The position numbers were made by a program, and so were the translations under genes. A DNA stretch of 64,000 nt from Phoronis australis (Eukaryota; Animalia; Phoronida): NCBI GenBank assembly GCA_002633005.1, contig NMRA01000467.1:200723-264722 (forward strand), given 5' to 3'. Below are positions 36,501 to 48,500 of the stretch, in pieces. How positions within the stretch are numbered: position 1 is the first letter of the stretch; the number at the start of each line of letters is the position of its first letter. The notes below the pieces were generated by a model. The model was not told the origin of the DNA. It saw nothing but the letters and a program-made list of their open reading frames with translations, and ran no database searches.

Positions 36501-39500
36501 GCGCAAAATACCACGAATCAAACCGAAATTCGGAGGATAGCATCAACTAACAAATACATACCTATCTGCCAAATTTTATGAAAATCCGTTGAGGGCCTTT
36601 GAAGATAGAGGAAAAATTATTAAAATTGCCACTAGGGGGCACACTGGTAGTCGGATCCATCTGAATTTCATCGTCATTTGTTGTCAAGCTCATACTTGCT
36701 AAATTCAATAAAGATACTGCAGAGGGTTTCGGAGAAACACCCATTGACATAAAAAAACTGCCACTAGGAGACGCCACAGTTATTGAGGTCGTCATAAAAT
36801 CATGGGCAGCCCTCCTCTTCACATTAGGAACACACAACCCAATTTCCACAATCATCCTTGGAGTGGTTTCGTTGACAGAGGGGCAGCTGCCAAAAAACAG
36901 AATCACAGAACGAAAACAGTAAAAATGGCCACAAGGTGGCGCAAAATGCCTCAAATTTAACCGAAACCGAATGATAGCATCACCTCACTAATAGATGCTT
37001 ATCTGCCACATTTTATGAAAATCCATTGACAACTTTTTAACATACAGAGGTAAACAAATTGTCAACTTCATGTAAATACACCAGCAAAATTCAAAAATCA
37101 TCCTGCAGAGCGTTTAGGAAATACAGTAACGGGCGTAAAAACAAAACAAAACTGCCACTAGAAGGTGCCATAGTAGTTAAAGTTATTGGAAAATCATCGT
37201 CAGCCGCCCTCTTCACAGCAAGAACATAGATGCCAAAGTGCGAAAAGTACCTCGAATCCGTCTGAAAACGAGAGGATGGCATCATCTCACTAATAGCTGC
37301 CAATCTGCCAAATTTTATGAAAATCCGTTGAGGATCTCCAAAGATACACAGGTAACCATAAAAAATTAAAATTGACACTAGGGGGCACACTGGTAATCGG
37401 AGAAGTCCGAAATTCGTCATCATACGTCGTCAGCCTCATAGGAGCACATTTGCCAAATCTTATCGAGATCCTGTGAGGATTTAGAAGATACAGTCACGGG
37501 CGCAAAAACAAACAAAACTGCCACTAGGGGGAGTCACAGTAGTCAAAGTCTTCAAAAAATCATCGTCGGCTGCTCTCTTCACAGCAAGAACATATATGCC
37601 AATTTTCAAAATCATTCCTGGAGCAGTTTGGTTGATAGAAGTACAGATGCCAAAAAACAGACTCGCAAAGAGTAAAAATGGCAACTAGGTGGCGCAAAGT
37701 ACCTCCAATCCGACCGAAAACAGGAAGGATGGCATCACCTCACTAATAGATGTTTGTCGAATTTTATGAAAATCCCTTGAGGACCTCCGAAGATAAGGAG
37801 GTAAGCGTAAAAAACTAAAATTGCCACTAGAGGGCACACCAGTAGTTGGAGAGGTAAAAAATTTGTCATCGTCCGTTGTCAGCTTCATAGGAACACATCT
37901 GCCAAATCTCATCAAGATCCTGTGAGGGCTTTAGGAGATACAGCTGCGGACGCCAGACGCCCAGACAGAGATGATGGCAATATACAACCACATATGTGGG
38001 CACATAAAAATGTTACCAATTAAAACCATTATAACATAATTTTAAGCCATGTGAGAACCATGTTAATGCTTGAGAATTCTTTTGAGTACATCACTACCTG
38101 CAAACACGTCCGGCGACGCTGTCCTACCAGGAGAGCTCAGTGAGTTGGGGTTAATGTTGACCGTTAGAGTGACAACGAGGTGTGATCGACTGGAGTGCTC
38201 ATGCACTTGAGTGGCCGTCTCCCGTCTCGTTCTGAGGCCATGTTGCACAAGGCACATGACATCATAGACGCTGTCCACCGACCTGTTTTAAGGACACAAG
38301 CAAAATAAGTAGTAACACTTAAGCAAGTTAATAAGCACACTAAATTTGTCAACAGTGAAACGATCACCAACAAAGTAGCACTAATTTTTTAAGGCTTTCA
38401 CTTGCAAGTACAGCAACTGTTGTGAATATCCACAACATTGTGGTGAGATCTTGAAAAATAAAAACAGGAAAATTGTCTTTGGAAATAGTCGACGTGACCT
38501 CATCTCCATGACTGTTGATCACCAACTGTCTAAATAGTTAATTAATCAAAAAACCTTATCCAGAGAGGATAGCCCAAAAAATATGATCACAAACATACTA
38601 GGCATGGGTCAAAATATTATGATCCTATTCCAATGAAACACCAAACACACAGTCATGTGTATGGATTACCTTGATATAACAGTTGGCATGATCATGGAGT
38701 TATCTACCCCTGCTACAATGTCATGCTTGGCATTGGGGTCGGAGCTCAGCAGATCACGGATGTCATTGTTGTAGATCTCAACTACAGACACTTCAACAGA
38801 GCACGAACCAGGTGGCCTTTCATTGATAAGCCTGGACAAAAAGATCACAAGTTTCAAACTTTGTGTTCTATTCAGTGTACAGTCAAACATTGCCCAGTAA
38901 AGACTACGTAACAAAAGAGGAGATACAATACGGAAGACAAAAGAGAAACACCTGAGGCCACAAAGGATATTTTGTGTTGCTCTGTACCCTGATTCATTTT
39001 GAGACCTGCCCTCACTGACTAAAAAGAAATGCCCATCACCACAGGGCTGCCAACCAATTAAAGACAATCTGTAACCTTCAAGTTTAAAATCCTTATTTTG
39101 CAAGTGAAACCTTGTGTCATTTCCAACATTTTCAGAAAGTCTTAATTTCAATCACAAGATGGATCAACATACACCAAAACAACAATTTGCAATTTCGAAT
39201 CGTGTTTAACTAAAAAATCAACATTACGTAATAACTCATCACTTCGATGTTTTTTGGTTTTTGCTGTCGGCATGATTATCTCTCTCCACACTGCCACAGC
39301 CCCACAAATCCCAATATCTCGTAATTCCTGATCCATGATGGTATTGCAGGCGTCAGGGTTCTCAGTGTTGAAGACAGCATGCTTAAACGTGGTAAATTCC
39401 ATTCCCGTTTTCTAAATGTAACCCGTATCCAAAATTTCACTCTCCACATCATAACATGAATTCCAAAGCATACAATATCCCATAATGCAAAACCAAGAAA

Positions 39501-42500
39501 GCGCGTTTTTCATTGGTCAGTCCTTCATAAAAACTGCAATTGACCAAACACACAAGGGAAATTTCGTATGCAAATTGAATTTTACACTGCCTTCTTGATC
39601 TGATCTTGTATTCTCGACAATATCCATCACTTTCAGTACTTCCTGTCTCGATCTTTGGCAATCTCGTGCTTCAAAACGGTGACAATTTGAAACATATTTT
39701 TAATTTTGATCTGATTTTTTTGAAGAAAAATAAATGCTCAAAATCTGTAGCATTTAAAAATCTGTACATACTGATTTTCAGGCCCTGTAAGTACTTACAA
39801 GAATACGGATAAATACATAAAAGTTGGCAGCCCTGCCAGCATCAGTTTCAGAAAAGGTAAGCAAGGTTTGAAATGTCATGAATTGCCAAGAGATGTGTTA
39901 AAGAAGGTAACATATAACGTATATTTGACCATCTCAGGCGGACCTCTTTTCTTGAAAAAATTTAGAAACTAAAAAATACTGCAACACCAACTTGAAAAAA
40001 CAGAACAAAACCAACTACTTTGGCCTTATCTGAAACCATGTTTTCAACCTTTGAACAAACAAATAACTACAACTCCAGCGACTGACATGGGACCAGACTC
40101 TCACTTTTTACACACAAGAGCTAGTTACAAATAAAGGGCCATTCTTACGTAAAGAGTTCTCTGGCAGCTCTGGGTATAACCCCCTCATCAGGGTGTGGTT
40201 CTTTTGACGGGTTGTAGTCGTCGTTTTTATGACTACCCAGCATTGTGTGAGTTTTACCACTTCCTGTTTGACCATAGGCCATAATGCAGACATTATATCT
40301 GAAACAAAGTACAATACCTAGCTCAGCTTTAAGTAAATACAGGAGGTATAAATCCAGACAAATTTGGAAATTCCATTCAAAGTTAATAATGTATAGCAGT
40401 GATAACTACAAGCAAAGTTTTGTGCATTTCAGAATACACCGAAAAAGATCTATACATAATTTACAAGTCAATTTTAACAATCAAATAATTGTGATTTAGG
40501 CATCTTTGAAATACATGCAATCATTATCAGTTTTGTGACTATTTTCTCACGACAAAATGTCCTAGTAATGACATTTGAATATAACTGTTTGACACTTTAG
40601 TAGATGACTGTTGTAACTGTTTTCAAAATCTGAATATGGCTGCTGTTACCAAAGTGTCAAACACCATAACTTGACTGTGTTATGTAAATGAATACTCAGA
40701 TATGTCTTCCTATTCAGTAACTCAGCCAGCTTGGTTTAAAATGTTTACAATTCATTCCACATAACCCGCAATCTAACCAGTCTGTATTTTGAAACAACCA
40801 TTTACTCAAGTTCAACAACCACATTTTGAATAAACACATTAAGCAGAACACGCTCAGCAAGTTACAACATACTTTAGCTAAATTTATTGATTACCTTAGG
40901 TACATTTATTGATTACCTTACGTACATTTATTATTAAGCACTCTCGTCAACAATGACACCTGCCTAACCCTTTATAAAACACCTTGAAGTCACCTGCATT
41001 CACTACATAGGTCGTCTACTTACCCGTCTAGAAGCGAAGTCATCATGGGCTGAACTTCTTCGAAAATGGCCTCTTGACTTTCAACAGGTGAGTAAAGTCT
41101 GAAATGGGGAGTGAATTGTAAATAAGTATAACCAAACAAGCAAAAATTTGGACACAGAGGAACTACATTCTTTCCAAGTATGTTTTCAAAAATTTATAAC
41201 TGACATAAAATGAGTCTTATTAAAGGAGAATGCCACCCAAAAAACAACCTATTTTGTATCAATTTAGATCGAGTATCGAGTAGTTCTACTCGACAATGGC
41301 ACGTTCGGTTGCGTTACCTGACACCAGATGGCAGACGGAGGTGTTGAAATTATCCAATGACGTAACTGGTTTCACATGCAGTCTGTTCAGCAAATCACAA
41401 CACAGGTTACTGGTGTCAGCTTATCGCTTGAATTCATCGTTTAACACCAATAAATCGTCAAACTTCGAAGTAAAACCCTTAAAAATACACCGAGTTATTA
41501 TAAAAATGTGTTGTTTTATTTCGCTGATACGGATTTACTGGTATTTGGACACACCGTAGCCTACTAAGTTCGGCAGGCTAATTTACGTCCGTAGCACTGA
41601 GGAGTTTGGGGTCTGTTCGGAGATAAATTCGAAGTATTCTTCCGTGAAATACAGACTGGTGAACCTAGATCTGTGTTGTTAAAATTGTAATTTTTTGAGT
41701 TCTAAACACACAAAACACTTGTTATCCCAGCCAGTGGCTCGGAACCCAATCAGGCCTGTCGCGGCCGCCTGGACTGGCACGAACATAAACCAGCTTGAGT
41801 TGGAAACTAAACCTCCAGTCACAATGTGCACGTAACTATTTAAGTGAATTTAGTCACGAAACTGAAAATATACTTAGGCCTACTTGTCGGGGGTTACGAT
41901 GTCGGGTTCCCCTTCCACAGATCGTCAGGGCAAAGGTTGTACAGTAACAATGATTTGGATAATGTATTTGTATTTCTAAATAAAGATTTCCCCAACATGT
42001 GACCATAGTATATAAAATCCAGTAATTGTTTCACAACAGCTTTCTGTCAGCAAGCACTGAATTAGCATGCGCTCACACGGCCTCGGTGCCCCGGAGCTCA
42101 ATTACCTTAAGTTTGTTGCCAGTATCAAAAGCCGGTTGTAACGCAGCTTGTGGTTTATTCATTGCTGACTTTTTAAAACATTTGCACTCACGAGCACTAC
42201 AAGACATTACAAATTGTATCTAATGAGACAAACATTGTTTCAGTTTCATATAGGCCTAAGCATTGGTTAGGATGAAAATAATTCATTTTGAAACAGAACG
42301 CAGAATAATAAACGTCTACTCAATAAACTACAACTCGCCCCGTGCCAATCCTGACTTAGTCAAGAGCTCAGGCGACAAAGACTTCACGGGTCGGATCGTT
42401 AGGTTTCACAGGCTATCAGTTCGAACCGGAATACACTGATCAAGAACTACTAGAGAGCCGCCGTCAACATGCACAGGCAACGGAATGTATCGATAGTTCT

Positions 42501-45500
42501 TTGTTAAGCCGGAATTCGTCAGAAAAATTCGATCGACGAAATGCCGGCCAAAGACACGGAGAAGTTTCACGGCCTAATACTTGCTATTGACAGCCTACCT
42601 TTCATTCTTCACTACCGCGAGCCACTTCAGGCCCTTGAGGAAGTCGAAAAAACGATATACCCGCTTTCTTCGCAGCTTCATAGTTCAGAAAAACGGAAAC
42701 GATGCACTGCAATATAGCGGCATTCACTCCGCAGACGAACCATTGACGTCGCTGCGTCGTTTCTCACCTTCCTCACAGGTTACCGCGACACCTATCGGCA
42801 AGGTGAGGTCGACCGTATAAGAGGTGATGTGGATATAGACCGATTAAGACGATAAAAAGGACTAATTAAATCAGGTGGCATTCTCCTTTAATAGTTTTAC
42901 AGTTGAATCACAAATTACAACCTTGAATGCATTGGACAGCATTTCTTCTACCAATTCACAAAAAATGAACTTTCATGTCCCACAACTAACATTCCGCATC
43001 AACATTAAATTATCACGACTAGTTATGCTACAGCACAACAAATAATATTAATAGCCTTATGATAAGATGTCTTGTTAAAGGACCATCATTTCATTATAAA
43101 ATATATTCAATGGAAACTTACACTGACAAGTAGCAGGTAGAGCACCTTAAGGGACAGCACTAAACATTCAAAATATTTGACAACAATTTCAACTTAGGAT
43201 GCAGAAGAAAAAGGTAACTTTTGGAGTAGCATTTTACCTCACCAACACATATCCAACTCGAAGATTGACAGTAGAAAAAAAAGCTTTTTCTAGGTTTAGT
43301 TTTAGCACACCACAAAAATAAACATAGAAAATGTTTATACCTTTCAAACTCATACAGCCTATGATACTTAGCTGTCTTGATGCACACGTTTTCCTGCAAG
43401 CATAGAGATTAACTAAAATACAGAAAACATGTGAAAACAAGATCAGCAACTGCCAGAAAAAAATAAGAAAATGACATCATCAAAGCCTCCCCTTAATTCT
43501 TTTTTGCTATTTCAGCTGTTTCAAGCTATCCAGAAAGTCCTAGGTAATAGTGAAGCAACAAATCCAAGCACAATTACACAAAACAGATGAACATCAGATG
43601 ACACGTGGAGAAGCGTTTTCACATAACAATGCTCGACTTTGAGAACACAGAACAACAACAAAGTTACATTACTGTGTGCAAGTTGCTTTCTCAGTGACAT
43701 TATGTTCTATTCGTTACAAGTAAGAAACTATAACCTAAACATTCTATCAATTATAAAGGCTGTGCTCTAAACATATTGCAGGAACCATATTAAGACCGTG
43801 AAGTTATTCAAGACAAGATTTAATGCAATATACCGAAGAAAGGAAAATCTGCATGAGGTGAACATGAAAATTCCTACATGCAGCTAAATGAATGACACTT
43901 GAAATTTTAAAAACTCTAAACAATTTTTGTGCTCTTTTCACTATACAAAAACAAGCATGCCAAACATCTGAGCACCAGTATGGCTATACCAATTAGGTAA
44001 ATTAATGGGTCAAAGCAAAAAGGAGAATGTGACTAAGTATGACTGTCCCCGAAAGGAATCTGCTTTGACATGAAGGTAAGAAAACACGTTGTACCAGAGA
44101 CCGTACAGAGGGAGACAATGAATAGTCACTGGCGGACATTGCTGTTTCATTTACCGTAGTGAGACATAGCGAGTGTGTGGTGCGAAGAAAGCAATATGGC
44201 TGATACTTGTGCTCAGTAGACACGGAGACAAGACATTTTATCTTACCGTGTAATTCTCAAAGTTAATACTTCGCACTAAGGCTTATGGCTGAGATGCACC
44301 AGAACTGTTTTATGCAAAAGGGCACAGAAGACTATAGAATAGAATAAAAATGGATGATGTGGCAACCTGTCACTGAGTGACAGAGATCTTTTTCACAGAT
44401 GTTGCATTACATGATTGCAATCTCTAGTACTCTGATAATCCTGAGAGTCCATTGACAGAAACCAAAGTTGATTTTCATGGTAAGGACTATTTTGTTAGAA
44501 CTCAAATACTAAAATGTATACTCACGTCATCCATGCAATGCACAACAACTTCAGATACAGAGCCAACTCTGAAAGAGTCAGTGCTAAATGTAAAAGAACA
44601 TGGGAAAACGACTAGTTATTAACATTTACAAAAACGTTATTCGTTAACCAATTTCCTTGTCAGCCTACCAAAACCTTTGACATGACTTAAAGTTTTAGCA
44701 TTTCAATGCAACCGTAGATGTGACAAAATGTCACTAGAGGGCACCACAGTAATTGGACTCGCTTGAAAATCCCCGCACACCTGCTCTTGTCAGTACTCTT
44801 GTCACTAGTAACACATCTGCCAATTTTCATAATGAACCAATCTGCACGCTGCGGCACATACAGCGGAAGCACATGACAAAAAACAGAGTCTGACTAAAAT
44901 GAAATTGCCACGGCTGCTAGTTGGTGCAAAATACATCGAATGCATCACAAAAAGGAAAGGTACTATCATCCTTACAATACAAACTTGTTTGGCAAATTTC
45001 ATGAAAAAGCATCAAGGAACTTGTATGTTACAGAGGAAAACGTTTACAATAAACTTGCCAATAGGGAGCACAGCTCTAGTTGGACTGGTCTGAAACTGGC
45101 TGTCATCTGTAACAGTTGTAATTTCCATAGGAGCATATCTGCTGAATTTCAGAAAGATATTGCAAAGGGTAAAGGAGGTACAGCCCTGGGCACAAAAATA
45201 ATAAAATTGCTACTAAGGGGGTGTCAGAGTGGTTGAACACGTTTGAAGATCAACGTCAGCCTCGGCCTTCTCAACAAGAACACATCTGAAGATCAACGTC
45301 AGCCTCGGCCTTCTCAACAAGAACACATCTCCAAATTTCAATAATGATCCTTCAAGCAGTTTGGTGGATCGAGAGGGTGATGTCAAAAACGTATTCATAC
45401 CTATTTGTAAAACATCATGATAATAGAAACGGCCTCATATAAATACGTCGACGCATAATAAAATTACCAAAACCCAACAGACTTTTTTCTAACTCTGGTA

Positions 45501-48500
45501 AAAACTAATCACTTCAAGACATTTACACTATCCACCAATATTTCCAAATTGCATTTACAGCAGCCTGCCCTAAAACTGACTGACTGTGTCCTTTTGACAA
45601 AACATCAAACTGTGGTAGAGGGTTTACTGTTAATACTGATGGTAAGAATGACAAACTGACTTCGTTCTCATACCTCCCCAGGGAAGAAACATCTTCGGTG
45701 CCAGTGTCAAACTCCAGAAGTGGCCTAATTCGACAATGGACGCGTATGTTACCACGCAGTTCCTTGAAAAAATAATTGGTTTCCACAACTTGAAATTTTA
45801 AATATAATTTCACATTTCTTTTAATTTGTAAAAGCATCAAATAGAACACATCCTTGATATGAAGTTGATAATTATTTGTTTTTGGCTATAAAGAACTTTA
45901 AAAGCTTGCACTCAGGGTAAAAAAAATCTAATTTCTTACATTTCCATAACTTAAAGATTATGTAGCACGAAAGCAATGATTACCATTTTCAAGTTGTACA
46001 CTCAATGTTTTGACAAACTGCTGGCATTCCCAACATCAGAAGCCTCTGAATAATGAAAATACAAATGGTTACTTTCATCAGAAAATGGGTGATATGTTAC
46101 CAACATGATAAGAATGTCAAATGGGTGATATGTTACCAACATGATAAGAATGTCAAATGCATACTCAGAACTCACCATTAGTGTATTGTGTAGTTCTCGA
46201 CGTCTTCGTTTTTCCTTTGCATGCCTCTCCATTGCAGATTGTAAGGCAAGTTCTGTTTCCAAAAGTTTCTTTTGAATTTCTGACAAAATCAAAGTTAAAG
46301 TAAAGGTCTTTTTCCAGTTTGAGGCAGTTAGCTCGATATTTTTAGTTTTTGGAAGTTTGCTATTTTGAGAGTCCTTTTTGCACCAGTTCCGAAATACCTT
46401 ACTAAAAAGCTTGATGTCATTTTAACCCTTATCCTGCGCTAGGCGAGGTCAGCTGACAAGCCAATTATCCTATTAAATGCGTCGGGTGTACTCAATCACC
46501 TATAGTAAGCTACGGCTAGGCTGCCCAAGGAGAGTGTACGCACCCCAGGACACTGGTGTTTTTCATTCAGAAATTGAGAAAGCCCCGTATGCTGTTTATA
46601 TATATGAGCATGCGCATTCCACATTTCATAGTTTACTGTACATTCTTCTGATTTACAACATATGGCTGTGGTGAGCTGTTACCGAGATATTTGAAAGTTT
46701 ACGTAAGTTATATCGTGGCTGGTGCCAAACGTGGGAAGATGATTGTTGACCAGTTTCTTGAGGAAGTCTTCATGGACACAGATAGTGAAAACGAGCTGGA
46801 ATTGGCACTCGAAAGTGACGGTGACAGTGACAGGGAAACTAACACAACAGTCACAAGTAATGCAGATTCTATGGATTCGCATCTCAGTGCAATTCTGGAG
46901 GAGTTGAAGCAGAACTTGGAGGGGCCTACGACGATGCTTGGCTCACGCCCTTCACTCATAATACTGGGCCTGTGAAACATGATGGAACTTTCAGAACTAG
47001 ATATTTTGTGACTTTTTCACAGAAAAGCTTCGTGTTTCACGTTTTTGCACACCAAGGTTAACTTCAAAACAGACTTTAGCAAGCAACTGCACCAGTCATA
47101 AATTTGTAACCATGCAAAGTTGAGGTATGTTATATACTGTTCATTCTTGTTTGTAGGTGTGATGTTACAGACAATAAATCTGCTTTATTAAACATGCAAG
47201 TCTCATGAATTCCCTTTTAAAAATGCTTATTATGGTTATTAAGTTTCAGCTATAATGTTATCATGTGCTAAAACTGATAAAAAGGGTGTCCAGTTTGAAA
47301 GTTTATAAAATTATTTACACCAAGACTATGGTAAAGATATGCATCAGGGCTCAACATTAACTTTTTAAGCCACTTGCCCGAACAACAAATTCACTTGCCC
47401 CAAATAGCACCGTGCATGTGCACACCTAGGTAATGTGTTACTGTAGGGCTGCCTGCACTGAGCCTCCTCTTGTGTCGTGCATGCTTTGAGTTGCTATTTT
47501 TTAACGATTCTTCTTATAGAACATTTATTTATAAGGTGTGTCAAAACATTAGAGAGACAAATTAGAAGAGTAACTATGGTATCTGAACCATTGTCTCACG
47601 TTCACAGGCGCCGAAATGAAATAGGACATGAACTCTAGACACTTCTGTGTATTCATTAGTTTATACGCCCTCATGCATTAAACTTTGCTTAACCTGAATT
47701 TGAATTTTTGCTATCCGTAAAAATCTTGAACAGTTTTGGTCATCGGTACCTTGTATTAAATTAAAATCAAATTTTAACATATAATAATGCCACATATACT
47801 TTTATTTTCAATAAATAATTACATTTTTGAAAAATAGATAGGCCGCGAAAAAGTCACCCTTCAGAGCGACAATCCTGAAGACCGTATTCCTCTTCTTTCG
47901 GGAGTCGCCAGCGGGAGCCGGGAATTCATAAGAATTTCCTTTGGAATTCCCCCTAAATAAATACCAGGCCTTTAAAACTGCTGTGTAGTGTAGAAAATAT
48001 GTGGTCAATCATTCACTTTTTAGCTTTTGCGCTTATCTGTATGACTTACATCCGCCGACGAACACGGTGCTTCCAGCTCGGTACATGGGTAAACGCCGGC
48101 AAAAATCATACGTCATCCCTTGTTCACTGTCTCGCAGGCCAGGAAACCTAACGTCCCATGACGGAAACCATCCCCGCACTCTTTTCGTTTCATATTGTTG
48201 CTTTGATTCTTCCTGAACTCGTTTTTTTAGCATCTGGACGGCTTCCTTGTTTAGACGTTTTGCCAGAGTGCAGACGATCAGTAGTATCACGTGACAACTT
48301 ATTCAGAAACTGCAGGGCACGTTCAGAGAATCGAAAGGATTTGACCGCGGGTGTCATCTGTGCATGCTGCATCACACTCGTTCTATTTTCCTTTCGGTGC
48401 TCATTCGAAGACGGGAGTTTCTTTGACGGCCACACGAGCTTTTTTCGATGGTTTTTAGGCTTGTGTCGGGGTTCGTTACTTCGGAGCAAATGTCAAGCAG

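Noticed and set aside
36194-37915. Cluster of similar minus-strand ORFs (VKRAADDDF...PPSG) suggesting a repeat protein, also 54650-55198
   Set aside because: These are translations of the tandem subunits of a non-coding repeat, with inconsistent frames and many stops.
46085-46160. Short tandem duplications (also 1574-1632, 45245-45330 and 51691-51730)
   Set aside because: Ordinary intronic slippage duplications with no evident function.
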